Assembly (NCBI GenBank): GCA_040285825.1
Contig: JAUPSS010000004.1
Span: 2,522,550 to 2,586,549, forward strand
Direction: 5' to 3'
From: Eukaryota sp. TZLM1-RC
Lineage: Eukaryota > Protista > Metamonada: BaSk clade
DNA: 64,000 nt
The position numbers and the translations under genes were made by a program. The notes beneath the pieces are model-generated. The model had not been told where the DNA came from, made no database searches, and worked only from the letters and a program-made list of their open reading frames with translations. The stretch's first letter is position 1, and each line of letters starts with the position of its first letter. This document shows, piece by piece, positions 10,154 to 23,313 of this stretch.

Positions 10154-12154
10154 GCCAAAACGTTCATTGTTTTTGTCTCCCGTTGATGTTACAGTGCAAC
10201 GTTGTTTTGCTGAACATTGGATTACACTTTTCCAGTTTGTGAATCTTATTATGAGATGATTGATTATTCAAAAGACCTTGCACTTTATTTCAACTCGGAT
10301 TGAAGAATTTGAAAACCTGTAGCTGATGGACAACAATTGTCCAAATATTTGATGAATGTCATTCTTTGCTCATAACAAAGAGTAAGCATATTTTATTAAA
10401 TTTTACGGCCCATATAAAGGCCATCACTAGTGAAGTCTTTTATATACGTATTAGACTAATTGTTCAAAGTACAACAAATGATCTTCAGTTGGAGATACTG
10501 GCGGAAGTAATGAACATATTCGCTGTATTGCACCTAGATGAATCAATGTTGACAAATCACAATGTTTTTCCTCATTCTACATCATGATGTGCCCCTTTAG
10601 AAGCGTTCATAATGAAAATCAACAATCAAGGAAAAACTTTGTCATGATACAAAATATGCGTAGTAACGTTTGAATTCAGCATTCGTGAATTACATGTTGA
10701 AGCTTAAAAAAATTTGTTGCGGGTAGCAAAAAGTATTGGAATGACAAATTAGAATCATGCTGAGACGAAACGAAAGGCCAAAAGGAAACTCGTGAAATTG
10801 GGCTCCATTTCAGCAACCGGGCTTTATCTCAGTATAGGTGGAACAGCTGTTGATACGAAATTACTAATAAGAAATAAGAAATTACTTATTGATCAAAATC
10901 GCTTTCGCTTCTTCACAAAGAGTCTCAAGTGGTTACTATATCTTCATCACAGTAAGATCCATGTGAACAAAAAGCATTACAACTACCTGTTTGTCCTAAT
11001 AGGGTGTAAAAGACGAGTCTGGTGAGTCTTTTGTTTTCAATTACTACATTCAAATGCATAAAAATTGAATCGAATATATGTTTTGTTTTCCAAAGTTGAT
11101 CAATAAAATAACATCTTTTCTATTGTTAGGTTCATACAAAAGATAAAACACGCCACCATTGAAAAACCAAGAAAATACAAATATTTCAATGATTCTTTCA
11201 GAACAGAACCGTGTGAATCTTGTCTACAATGAACAATTTCTCTTTGAATATCCCTTGATCTCAATGAATTTTACTAAAAACGTCACTAAAACCGTGAGTA
11301 CTCTAGAGGAAAAACAAAAGCATTCTCTACAAGGGTTTCAGTACTTGAGAAGAAGAACAGTTATAATAGAGAATGACAGTTGAGAAGTGATAAGATTGGA
11401 CATTTGTGACTTACAATACGACTTCAAAAAATGTCAACCTCGTCAATTGAATTGTTAATGTTTCAGAACTGTTTCTCCTCAATACTCTGTAAATTTTGCC
11501 ACCTATGTTATTAAGCAAATTGGCAAATGGTTAGATTTCAAAATTTTTCAACAAACGATTCAACTTGACCATTTGCTCAACAAAATTCTCAGAACTCAAC
11601 AATGATAAAAATTCACTAGTTTCTTTTCATGAGCTTCAGTCAGAGATCTTCTTAGATATCAATCATTTCAAAAGTTACTATTCTCTTTGAAAAATATTGT
11701 TCCATAAAACACGAAATGCAGCCGCTTTTGTGAGTTCATCAATGAACGTACACAACTGATCACATACAATCCAATCAAATATTGACCATTTCACAGACAT
11801 TGAACTTTTGCTGAACTCTAGTTCAATTGAAGACTGGAGTGTTGGATAATTACAATGAAACAACACCATCCAAAAACAATACAAAACTTGGATTTATTCA
11901 ATGGAAGTGAACAAGATGTCACATTTTGATGGACAGACATTATTTTGAACAACAGAAAAACAGTTGCTAGAGATGTCGGTCAAAAATAAAGAAATAAATA
12001 ATTGATAATTACAGTGTTCGCCAAGCAGTTCTTTTAGAGAAAACAGGATTTATTCTGGTAGGTGGTAACCACATTGGTCAACAATAGGGGATGACAACTC
12101 TTCTTGAAAGTACAGCTAATACACGTTAAAATACAAATTCCACATAGTCTTTAT

Positions 12155-14353
12155 TTAAATGAAGTCACGAAAAATTTCCATCAAAGACCTTTCAGCCGGA
12201 TACTGAATCCACCATGGAAAACAAGATAATTCAACTAAATATTCATTCCTGATTAGTTCAACAGATTGAATTAAACCTTGATTAATATGTTTTGTTGGAG
12301 ATAGGGTAGAATCTGACAGACTGTTGTCGTCAGGTCTGATTAATTGAATGAATTTCAAAGAAGGAAAGTTTTGTTCACTGATATTGCTGGGAATTTTGCA
12401 ATTAATTACCAATTCCTTTAAATAAGGCAATTTTATTTCAAATGAAACAATATTCCATAGCAACAATTCCAATTTAATAATGTCTTCAGGCGCTGGTATT
12501 AGTCCTTCCACAAACGATTCAGCAGAAATGAAACCGTGCAAAACCAACTGTTGTAAAGACGTAAGATAGCTTAGATCAACAACATCAAAATAACCTATAA
12601 GCACTAACTTCACTAGTGAAGTGGGTAATTGTTCTACTTCGAATGGATAATTAAGTTCAAGATGTTTAAGACTTGCAAAATTTGCAGAATTTAAGCTTAA
12701 TATGGAAGGAAGGTCTTGAAAAATTGGCCAACCATCGAGCTTAACAACCTCAACATTTGGGAAATAAGATAATAATTTTGGGTCATAATCAACTTCATTA
12801 TAGTAAACATCAAGTTTTTTAATTCCAGTATTAATTACTTGAGGACCATTAAAAGCATCAGATAATTGCAAATTAAGATCACTAATTTCAAAATTTAAGG
12901 TTAACTCATTAGGATTTTTCAAAAATTCAGAACCATTAATCACTTGTTTAGCAAATTTAGCCACTTTCTTGCTAATTGAACATTTGGTATAGAATCTGGC
13001 TTTTGAATAACAATTGAAACCAAATAATTTTTTCAAAAGATCGAGATATTCAACGTAAATTAATTTGATCAAACCACTAAACATTCTATCCAAAGGTTGT
13101 TTTGAATGATGAAATCTGCCAAGTATTTCAGACCCAAATACTTTGACAGGTTGTGGTCGATCAATCAAATCACCTGCACCTAATTGACCATTATCATTCC
13201 TTCCCCAAGCCCAAGCAGTGTTTTTGTTGTAGGCAAAAAGGAAGCCATGACTGATAGAAATACCTTCTATATTAGTGAAAGCTTCAATGCATCTTGGTTT
13301 ATAGTCAGAATCCTTTTTATAAAATTCACTAACTGTACTCAAATCACCCCAAACAAAAACTTTACCGTTATTATCAATAGCAGCACAAACTCCACCATAA
13401 CCACTAATAGAAACAATATAACTTAACCCTGGAACTTTGGTGGGTTTGGTAGTGAAAGGATCATCACCTCTATCAAACATCCACACTTCACCCTTAATGT
13501 CAATGACCACTAAAAAACAATTGAAAAAAACGGAATTATTAAATATTTGTTGTGGTATTAAATAATTAGAAACAGAAAACTTGGTTACAGAGCTAGTAGT
13601 GGTATTATAATAGAAGAAATCATTATTTCTGTCAATTGCGACAAACAAATCATCATCATTAGAAATAAAAACAATATTATTTAAATCTTCAATAATCTGG
13701 AATGAATTAAATTTACCCCATTTAACAACTTGGCCTTCTTGGGTCAAAGCAAATGAACAATCCTGACCTGCATAAAATTCCTCAATTTTGTAAGGAATTT
13801 CTATATGAGTAAGTGGTAGAGAATGATTTTCAGACATATATATTTGATTATCTTCATTACAACCCCAACCATATAGATTTCCTTCAGAAGAAAGAGCAAG
13901 TGAGTGGCTATACCCAGCTGAAATAGAGACAACGTTTGTTATTGGTAATTTGACCGGTGATTCGATTGCTGCAAAATCAATGTCCAGTAATTGACCTCTT
14001 TCATTGCGTCCCCAACCATAAACATCACCACATAATGTGAGGAGAAGGGTATATCCAAAACCACTGGAAATAAATCGCACTCCAGAGCGCCGATCGATGG
14101 GAACTGAATGGTGATGAAATGGATTTGTCTTGGTTAGAGAACGAAAATCTGATAGTTTGGGATGAACAGAATGTTGTGGTATTTGTTCTCTAGACATGTT
14201 GTCATCAGATAATGTCAAAGAAGATTGTAGAGACATATGTTGAAAAGAAAGGTCTGTTTCCTCCACAGAAGAGGAATCATTTGGGGATTGAGAAGAAGAT
14301 GGTGAGCCAACTTGGAAACATGATTCAGTAGAAAGAGGATGGTAGTGAGTCAT
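12155..14353 (-). CDS. RCC1-repeat plus LRR-like protein (paralogue of 6799-8769)
   Basis: RCC1 repeats (VYGWGRNERGQL, ISAGYSHSLAL, AWGRNDNGQLG); LRR-like tail (LPTSLVKLVL, LSYLTSLQQL, NFPSLKFI); shared terminus FP.WIQYP; likely ATG at 14353. Confidence 0.85.
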   Translation of the reverse strand: MTHYHPLSTESCFQVGSPSSSQSPNDSSSVEETDLSFQHMSLQSSLTLSDDNMSREQIPQHSVHPKLSDFRSLTKTNPFHHHSVPIDRRSGVRFISSGFGYTLLLTLCGDVYGWGRNERGQLLDIDFAAIESPVKLPITNVVSISAGYSHSLALSSEGNLYGWGCNEDNQIYMSENHSLPLTHIEIPYKIEEFYAGQDCSFALTQEGQVVKWGKFNSFQIIEDLNNIVFISNDDDLFVAIDRNNDFFYYNTTTSSVTKFSVSNYLIPQQIFNNSVFFNCFLVVIDIKGEVWMFDRGDDPFTTKPTKVPGLSYIVSISGYGGVCAAIDNNGKVFVWGDLSTVSEFYKKDSDYKPRCIEAFTNIEGISISHGFLFAYNKNTAWAWGRNDNGQLGAGDLIDRPQPVKVFGSEILGRFHHSKQPLDRMFSGLIKLIYVEYLDLLKKLFGFNCYSKARFYTKCSISKKVAKFAKQVINGSEFLKNPNELTLNFEISDLNLQLSDAFNGPQVINTGIKKLDVYYNEVDYDPKLLSYFPNVEVVKLDGWPIFQDLPSILSLNSANFASLKHLELNYPFEVEQLPTSLVKLVLIGYFDVVDLSYLTSLQQLVLHGFISAESFVEGLIPAPEDIIKLELLLWNIVSFEIKLPYLKELVINCKIPSNISEQNFPSLKFIQLIRPDDNSLSDSTLSPTKHINQGLIQSVELIRNEYLVELSCFPWWIQYPAERSLMEIFRDFI

Positions 14354-14469
14354 TGTCTTCGATCCAATAACCACTTATAGAAGGCTCGCACACCTTGCAC
14401 TTACTTAAATGGGAAGCTTTATTATTATTATTTTGAGCAACCATTTATTGTTGTTACTTTTTTTAGCTG

Positions 14470-15135
14470 GAATTTTTATTTCTATCTAGAATTCAATATC
14501 CTCCAAACAAGCGTCACTATTACTAAACCTACTCACAGCATTACGTTCATATTCTACACCAATAGCTAAAAGTGCCTTTGAAATCATTGTTGGAATAGAC
14601 TTGAAAATGCAAAAAACAATTCTATTTAACCAGAAAGTGGAATTCATTGTTTTACCAGACCTATTCAGTAACACTTTTTTGAAGTTTTCAAAAAGGTGCA
14701 ACCCTGAAGGTCCAATATTGCCAAAATGAGAAATTGCAAACGGCACAAACTGATATTTCACATGTTCCACTCTACCTAACTGTGCCAAAGGTTCTTCATA
14801 TTTTTTTATCATCTTTTTTTCGGCGTTAAATAACGCCGAATCAGCGGAATACACTAAACGAGCAGCAGAATTTTTGCAAACATCAACTGAGACAACGTCT
14901 ACAACATTGAGAACACCATCGATCCCTGGAGCTACTCAATCTGCCCTTCTTTTACCAAACGAATCATCAGTTTGATCTGAAGACAGCTTACGTACTAATG
15001 GCTCATTAAATGCCTCTATATTGAAACTTTTGCACATGGCATACAATTGATCACGAACTGAGTCATGAACAATTGAGCGATAAGTTATGAAATACTTACA
15101 GTTTAAAATATGGGAAAGCGTAACAACACTCTTGC
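14470..15135 (-). mobile_element. RLE retrotransposon 3' fragment, family D
   Basis: HILNCKYFITYRS...HDSVRDQLY, RRAD...DVVSVD, K..KY and FWLNRIVFCIFK motifs; 11-bp duplication CAACACTCTTG at the 5' junction. Confidence 0.85.
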
Positions 15136-15589
15136 AACACTCTTGTAGTTACTTGTTGATAATGTTTTTTGAATATACTTTTTACTTTTTTACTTTTTTG
15201 AATTTATTATTATTATTATCTTGAAGTTACACTCTTCAAGCACGGTTTGTTCTACTTGAGTAAATTTTCTCAGAACAATTTTCATCTGTTATCAGCCGAA
15301 TGGTTGATTGAGCAGCAAAGGTGAAGCATAGTTTGATGATCAGCATACTCATTATCAGAAAGGTTGATTACTGCAGTGTCATTGTGACGGTTTACAGTGA
15401 CGAATTGTGTTCAATACCCATCATCTCAAAGTTAACAACTTGCCTAAAACATTCTTGATTCTGCTAGTTTGTTTCTAATTTTGGGGATGATTACAAAATA
15501 ATTCAGCGAACCAAAGAAGTGGAAAATCAGAGTGTTGTTGAAATTGTAGATTAAATAAATGTAATATACAGCACACATTTATTCAAACA

Positions 15590-15790
15590 CGTTTTCATGT
15601 CAACAATCAACACTTAGCTTGCAATAAACTTGAATCACCAACCATTGTATTTCTATTTTTCAATTCCAAAAACAAGCATGCACAAGATTTTCTAGCAGAA
15701 AAAGTAATGGTCCAATGCTTCAAAAGCAAATTCTTTAAAAAACGTCCTTTTTTGCAGATATGACCGTTACCAGCATATTTTCTCCCACCC
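15590..15790. repeat. Unclassified dispersed repeat (segment A)
   Basis: Aligns with 23314-23502 (AATCAACACTTAGCTT...CTTGAATCACCAA...TTGCAGAT.TGAC.GTTACC.GCAT). Confidence 0.7.
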
Positions 15791-15959
15791 TTCATACCCC
15801 CTCTGTTTTTCGTTCGTTGTTGTACTTTTATGAAAGAAAAACCGCCAGTCAATTTTTCTTGGCTGATTTGGGTTATGAAGATATAGAATTTTAACCTTGT
15901 CGTATAGTTTTTTTATTTAAATAAATATAAATATATTAAAAAAAATTTTTTTATATTAA

Positions 15960-18620
15960 TATATTTTTATTCAACAACAAATATGAAATACACAATTAAA
16001 ACTCCACATCCTCAAAACCTGCCTCCCCTACATCAAAACAATTAATCGCTAAAGATTCAGAAAATTTCCCAAAAGAAGATAGTGAATCAGAAATTATTGT
16101 TACCATTCCCTTAAAAATAGAAAATACAATCCTGTTTTGCCAGTAAACACGATTGAAAATTCTTCCAGTTCTTTCCTTTACAACTACAACAAAATCCTCA
16201 AGGAAAGCCATGGCAGCCTTACCTAGAGATCCAAGCAAAGAAAAAACATATGGACACAAATTATATTGGGCATGAGAATTTTCATTAACCGAGGAAATGG
16301 GTTTCGCATATTTAGCAATTTTATATTTTTCGCCTGCAAGAAGAGGATTATTTACATCTGAGTTAATGAAATGTTCGTTAGAGGAATTACAAGGGTCAAT
16401 AGACATGGCGTCCAAAATAGTAAAACTACCATTTAAACCAGGAACAACTAGATCACCTCTAGTCAGACCCATAGAAGCTCTGTTGTAACGCGTACTATCA
16501 ATATGGGGATCATCAAGAATTAATTTTGATAACAGCGGTTCTAAAAAGGAATCTACACGATATGATTTGCACATTACATAAATTTGGTCCCTGACGTTAT
16601 TATGCACTTTGCTTCTAAACGTAATGAAATGTTTACAGTTCAAAAGATGAGTAAACAAAAGAGGTTTACCACATTTACAAGTTAAATGATTGGGCAAATT
16701 GTTTGGCCACAGAAAACAACGAAAACGCATGTTTAGAAGCCATTCATTGTCTTTTAACAAAAGTCCATAAACAGAGGGAACTTGAGTTACTAAAGCAGCA
16801 GCTGAACTATCACGAATATCCTTTAAAAAATTACCGAAAGCGGGATTTTTAGTTTTGGCCAAGCCTAGTCTTACTTCATAATCCAAGCCTTCATATAATT
16901 TAACCAGATGGTGCTGAAGCTTTTTCAAGCAAAAACGTAAATTTGGAAGTGAACGGGTGGGAATTTCTTGAACATTTTGAGGAAAACACTGAATCCAGAT
17001 ATCACTAGGCAAATTTTCTAATTCAAATTGCAGTTGATTCAAGTAAAAATTTGATTCACCATTGATCAGATGAACATCAAAAGGGAACCTTTGGAAAAAT
17101 TCAAAAACAAAATTTTTACCACCTCCCAAAAATGCTGCGTAATACAGAATCGAAGATTTGGTGAATCCAATTCCACCCAAATCTGCTGAACAAAATACAT
17201 GACTTCGAATTAAAGATTCATTTACTTCTAATAAAGAAAAAAAAATTTGACTCGAAGATTGTTAAAAGATCTGCAAAAATTGAGAGATACCAAAGGGGGA
17301 GTTGACCTTAAAATATGAGTGAATTTTCCAGAATAAAAAATTTTTAAAATAAAAAATTTGATGTGTTTCTCAATGTCACATTCAGCAATAAAACTAAGAT
17401 CCTTGTCAAACTTCTCCAAAAATTGTTTAACTGGGAATAAATTTCATCCAAATTGCCAAGCCAACATCGAAGAAACTTAAAAGCTTGTTGGTCATAATTG
17501 ATAAAAGGAATCTGAGCTCCACCAATCATCAAAGATTGTTTTTCTCTACCAATCAAGAGACATTTAAATGGGTTCAAAGCTAAACCAATTTCTTTGTATT
17601 TCGCCGCAATGTCTTCAGAAACCCTAGAAATGCTTTCAAAAGAACCAATAATAGAAATGTCATCCATATAGGCAACAATACGCAAATCAGGGAAATCTTG
17701 TTGTGTCATTTTAATAATATTATGAATAGCCAAACAAAACAGCAAAGGGCCAAGAGGATCACCTTGTTTCACACCAGAAGAAGATTCAAGGGTAAAGGAG
17801 TCAAAAATTAAGTCTGATTTTTTTCCATAAAATAAATAAAAATATGCAGAAAGTTCAGGAAAATCATGAAGAAGCACATCAAAAATACAATTACGTTTCA
17901 CAGAATTGAAAACATTTTTGAAATCCAAATTGAAAATATATTGATGTTGTTGACTATTGAAAAAAACATCTGAAGTCATTGAAGCAACAGAAGCACCTTC
18001 AACAGTTTTTATACCAAATTGGAAAGGCTTCAAATAGTCCCTTGCTTTAGTAGAAATTCTGTTAAAAATAAGCGAAGAAAGCAATCTGGTTAATGACTCT
18101 CCGATAGCAATTGGTCTAACTCCATCAGGTTTGTCACCTTTACCAGGTTTAACTAAAGCAACTAAACGGGCAGCAGTCAATTCAGGCGGAGGAACATAAT
18201 TTAAACACATTAAATTTTGAAAATAGGAAGCAAGATCCTCAACAATTTCAGGAGCATTTTTACAGGCAGTTTTTAACAAATCAAAGGAAATGCCTGAAGG
18301 ACCAGCAGCTTTTCCTTTTGGTAATTTAGCAACGGCATTCAATACTTCTTGAGCCTGAAATGGATTTTCGAGCCAATATTGACAAATAGAAGGCTTACTG
18401 GGGCAAAAATGTTCAGTTGGATGGAGGGATTTCAATTTTTCAACAGTTTCGAGATTGGTATCAGCCAGTTTTCCCGAAAAAATATTTTTTAATCCGCTTC
18501 CATATCTACCTCTCAAAAACAATTTTCTTGCTTGAAAAGATGAATTAGCTTTTCTCTGTTTTGGTTTTTAATTAATTTTCTTCTTATTCTTTTTGGCAAA
18601 GAATATTAAAAAAAGAAATT
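15960..18620 (-). mobile_element. CRE-like RLE non-LTR retrotransposon, family B, 5'-truncated, two frameshifts
   Basis: AAGPSG, VRPIAIGE, LDFKNVFNS, GVKQGDPLGPLLF, AYMDD, GGIGF, CKCGKPLLFTHLLNC zinc knuckle, RGDL...D...K endonuclease; A-rich tail. Confidence 0.95.
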
Positions 18621-18707
18621 ACCTGCATCAACATAATACACATTCACAAACAGATAACACCACGGGTTATCAAACTGTAACAACCTTGATAATCATGTTA
18701 TTAAATT

Positions 18708-18753
18708 AATGACAAATGTCTTTTGACACATTTTGACCTCCCACTTTTTGAGT
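18708..18753. repeat. Unclassified dispersed repeat terminus (segment B)
   Basis: AATGACAAATGTCTTTTGAC[A/C]CATTTTGACCTCCCACTTTTTGAGTT recurs at about 23557-23602 with one mismatch. Confidence 0.8.
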
Positions 18754-19024
18754 TAGAGTTGAACTGTTTAATACAAGAATTGATTTTGTTAAAAATGTTA
18801 CAATTGAGGTACACTTCAGCAGATTTGAAGAAAAATCCAAATTCATAACAAATTTTGAATATATCTGCCAAAGAATGATTGTACCTCTATTTTCGGTAAT
18901 AACAATCAAATGCTGATGGCTAAAAGTTCGAAAAAAATTAAATTACTGGACATTAAAGGATCATTTGCACAAAAATGACAACCGCAAAGCAGAACTTTCA
19001 ACATTAAGTCTAGAAACAGTCTAA

Positions 19025-20140
19025 TTATAAACCACTGGCCCAGACAATGGCATTGGCAAACAATAAGGATGCATCCGGAGTATCATCATAATGGTGGTAT
19101 TCAAGAACATCACTACGTCGCCAGCTTACACAATTAAACTCAACAACTCTCCCACCATTGCTAATGTCATTCTTAACAATCAAGGGAGTGCCATACAGTG
19201 AAGCAACCGTCCTACCATTCACTCTCCTGGCACCTTCTGCATAATAATTAATAGCAAAACCATCAACACCGGCGAAAAGTTCATCACGTGGGCTTGAGAA
19301 TTCAATGAAGTCACAATCATCAGTCAAGTCATCATCATCGTGATAAATAAAATCTGCTTCACCATCCTTAAGACACTGGTATCTGAAACCAGTCTTATCG
19401 GGAAATGTATTGAACATAACCAAACCTTTACCACTATTGACAAGCCTATTTAGGCATTCTGAAGGATATTGGAGGTCCTCAGTGTCCATTAAAACAACAT
19501 GATAGTCCGATAACTCTGAATATCTACGCATATAAGATCTATGAGGAATAATAGTAACGTCAAACGTTTGGTGCGATACCCTGAATGCATTTTCCAAGTC
19601 TTGTATGAATGAGTGAATGTGATTATCACGTTTCCAGACACCAACTCTTAAACGTTGGCGTGTGGAAGTTGATATGTGCAATTTATTCGGATGTGTGGCC
19701 TGTGACAGTGCTTCAAGTTGCATGTTTTCCTTTTCAATTAACAATCGCTTCTCCCTTTCCCCCTCAGCAGAAAGTGTGTGTTGAGTGTGAGAGTGTTCTG
19801 CAAAAGGAACAACCTTGTGTGTTGCAAGCACTTTGATCTAATGGATAAAGCGAGAACAACCTGTACAGTAACCTTTCTGACAATTAGCACAAAAAACATC
19901 ACTGGATGCTTTCTCGCACTCAAAACAAACGGGACGAGCTGCATTTGCAGCATTGATGGCATCTCGCAATGCAATATTTACTCGCAGAGTGTGAGGATCA
20001 ATACGTTTTCTGCACTGGGGGCACGTTTGCTTTATCTTGATCCAGTTGGATATACATGCATAACAAGAACTGTGCCCACAAGATAGGGCTACAGGGTCTT
20101 TCATTATTTCCGAGCATACCCCACAGTTGAAGTGCGACAT
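19025..20140 (-). pseudogene. TRIM-like RING plus B-box plus GATase-like C-terminal domain protein, interrupted by an in-frame TAG (19838-19840)
   Basis: C3HC4 RING (CGVC...CGHSSCYAC...CPQC); B-box CFEC...CANC...CTGCSRFIH*IKVLATH continues in frame across the stop; C-terminal domain homologous to the end of 41327-44221. Confidence 0.8.
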
Positions 20141-20208
20141 TGAAGAAGGCAATTTAAAGACAAAATCAATCGATTATTTTTAGTTCAAAAAATCCACTTC
20201 CATTTCCA

Positions 20209-22287
20209 CGAGATTTTATTACCCTTTCAATATGGAATTAATACCACTGATGGAGTCTCTTCAGCGATATTTGCTACTGATGTATTATTTCGCCAAAATG
20301 AATCCAATGTTTGTATGTCATTAGATTTTAGTAATGCATTCAATTCACTCAGTCGTCGCAGTATCCATGGTGCTTTATTGCAATGTATGCCTGAATTAAT
20401 GCCGTATTTTCAATCAACATATAGCACATATTCTAATTTACATTTTGGTAATTGCATTTTGAGTTCATCAAGTGGTGTAAAGCAAGGAGATCCGTTAGGA
20501 CCACTTTTGTTTTGTTTGGCCATTCATCCTATTTTATTGCAAATTCAAGAGATTTTTCCTTCGCTAAAAATGATTGCATATATGGATGATGTTGTGCTTA
20601 TTGGTGATTTAAATATTGTGAAACAAGCAACTGTATGTTTTGAAGAATTATTTACCAAAATTGGTCTCCGACTGAATTTACTTAAATGTGTTTTGTTATC
20701 GAATTCTCCAGTTTCCACAATAGTTGATGGTATTGAAATTCAAGCCAAATTATATTCAATTGATGCTATTCGTCATTTGGGTTCGTTTTTAGGAAATAAT
20801 GATGAAATTACCAAAAAATTCTTTGAAAAGTTGAATTCGATTTCTGACAAAATTGACCAAATGATGAATTTAGATATACAAAAACACATCAAATTTACCA
20901 TTATAAGACTGTGTTTTAGTTCCAATTTCAATCATATATTTCGATCTACAAATCCTCTCGTCACTAGGCCTTTGGCTCAAAAGTTTAATGAATTACGTGC
21001 AAACGTTCTGTCACAATTACTGGGATGTAAAATGTTCCAAATTCCAGACCATGCTTACCTTAGTCCACATTATGGCGGTTTAGGGTGGACGAAGGCTTCT
21101 ATTCTTACCTCGTGTGCTTTTGTTGGTGGATGCAGAAATGCAATCTTTGAGTTTTCCGAAAGATTTGCAGATTGGGAAGATTTATTGATGGCAACGCAAA
21201 GTTCCACTGTTTTTGCATTAAATGAAGAAATTTCAAAAATTGATGCAGAAAAATGGGGTCGATGCTTTCCCCAATCATTCAATGGCAATATTCTAGAAAA
21301 GAATGTTTTAAATTTGAAGTACATTCTTCGAACATTACAGAAACGATTGACTGGAATGTATGAAAATGATCTTTATAATAATATATGCAGCTCGGCTGTT
21401 TTAAATCAAGATCTTCACTCATTGTTATTGGAAAAGGGTGTTTGTGAAAGTAAGTCATCAGATTCTTCACTTTTTGTAACCATTGTACCACGAAGATTTG
21501 GATTGTGTGCCACTAATGAAGCATTTGTGACAAAAATGAGATTATATTTGAATATCCCCATTAATCAATTATTATCAAAAGAAAAATGTATTTGTTCGAA
21601 TTCACCTCAACTCACTTTGCACCATGCTCTGAATTGCTCTAAATGATAGCTTATCGTTCTTCATTACATGATGCTGTTAGAGACACTGTTTTCAATATGG
21701 CAGGAACTGCCAGAATCTCGTGTATCAAAGAGCCTCTGATGAAGGAAACACTTTATCTGAATAATTTTGGTTCTGGTGATAGAGGCGATGTATACTGTGA
21801 TTGGATTGATAATTCTAAAGCTGTTGTTGACTTTGTCTCATGTAATGTTGCAAATGATACTTTGGTTCACAGAAGAAAACTTAATCCTGTGGCTGCTCTG
21901 GATTTTAAAGCAAAAGAGAAACATAGAAAATATGATAAAGATATTGAGGAGGCTAATGTCGATAGAAATACACAGCTGGTTTTTATTGCTTTCCCATTTT
22001 GGATAAATGGAAGATTATCAGATGAAGCAGAAAATGTTTTGAATGACTTCCAAAAAATGGTGCAAGAAAAAACAATGAAAAGATTTGATATTTTTTTATG
22101 GCGTTCACGGATTCAATTTGCCATTATTAATAGATTACCTCGGTTTTTCAATCGAATAAGAAAAGCTTTAGCTAGACAGCAAGCAGTTCAAGATTTTGTA
22201 GAGGAAATCTTGGTTCAATGATAGTCGTCCCATTAGTTATGAGTTAATTTAATTAAGTGTGCAAATTCAATAAATACAAGAAACATT
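20209..22287 (+). mobile_element. CRE-like RLE non-LTR retrotransposon, family C, 5'-truncated
   Basis: LDFSNAFNS, GVKQGDPLGPLLF, AYMDD, CIC...HHALNC, RGDV...D...K..KY; one frameshift near 21643; flanked by a 16-bp direct repeat TCCACTTCCATTTCCA (20193-20208, 22288-22303). Confidence 0.93.
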
Positions 22288-23313
22288 TCCACTTCCATTT
22301 CCATTTCCACATTCACATAACTTGATTCCATTGACACTGTTGCAGTAATTGGTCGAGGTGGTCTGTTATTAATTCATTAATTGAGATATTGCTTATGTAG
22401 GTTTGAACAAAACATTTTAACAAACAATTTATAACACAACAAACTTATTCGGCTACCTATTTTTTATTTAAGAGTCTCGATAACTTTAATTTGTTAGTTT
22501 CTTTAACCATGCAGTCAACTCAGATTAGTTTTCAAGTATAAGTGATGACATTCTGGCACGTTTGGAAGTTTGAATGGTGCTTGTGTCTGAAAAGAATGAT
22601 TTGCATAAAACTATTGTTGCTGGACCTGCTAGAAACTCAAGCCAAAGGATATAGTTTTGGAAAAGCATCTCCGTTTTCACTCCACCAATCAGAAGGATCT
22701 GTACTCAAATGAACTGTCCTTCAGATAAATATTGATAAGTTAATGTTGCCGATGCAGTTTGAAACAAAATTTTCATTATCTTGTTCATCAAAAGTAAGGT
22801 CAATAAATTCGTTATCAGTCATTCAGAGAGGTTCAGTTGCAACTGAGTGTACTCAGTATTTTTGCATTTCCATTTAAATTTTCACATTTGAAAATAATTC
22901 CATCCATTTCTATTCGGCAATGAAAGTGAAAATGAAAAGTGTGGAAATCCATTCCACATTGCCAACTCTAATTATTTGTTTATTGTATCAATCAACCAAT
23001 CTGGTGTTTAATCTCATATCACCAAATCACATCATCTACATTGAATGTTAATCTAAACTCCCTATTAAAGGCACCTCCCCCCAAAAAGCCAGGGTATTTG
23101 TAAAAGTGTTAAACTTTTTATACTCGACCTCGTAATATGGAAAACTGACCAGATTTGGATACATCTCTGGTGAATAAGTGCTTTAAAACAAATACAGTTG
23201 CATGAGTAATCTGTCCAGTTCCAAAAATGTAGAAAATAAGTAATATAAGTGATATACAACATATATATAATGGAATACGTTTTATAAATAACAAAAAAAT
23301 ATTGTCAAATCAA

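Noticed and set aside
10755-10810. Hammerhead-like ribozyme (GA...CGAAAC)
   Set aside because: No CTGANGA core with compatible stems.
9820-11310. CACTA/EnSpm-like remnant suggested by TTGTGACG/CGTCAC motifs (also near 877-940 and 15383-15405)
   Set aside because: No transposase motif or termini could be identified; too weak to call.
15900-18700. Spliced-leader or snRNA target array around RLE elements
   Set aside because: No tandem unit, Sm site context or recognisable snRNA in any flank.
19838-19840. TAG reassignment to an amino acid (non-standard genetic code)
   Set aside because: Four conserved genes in the window end at TAG at the expected C-terminus, and long genes contain no other in-frame TAG/TAA.
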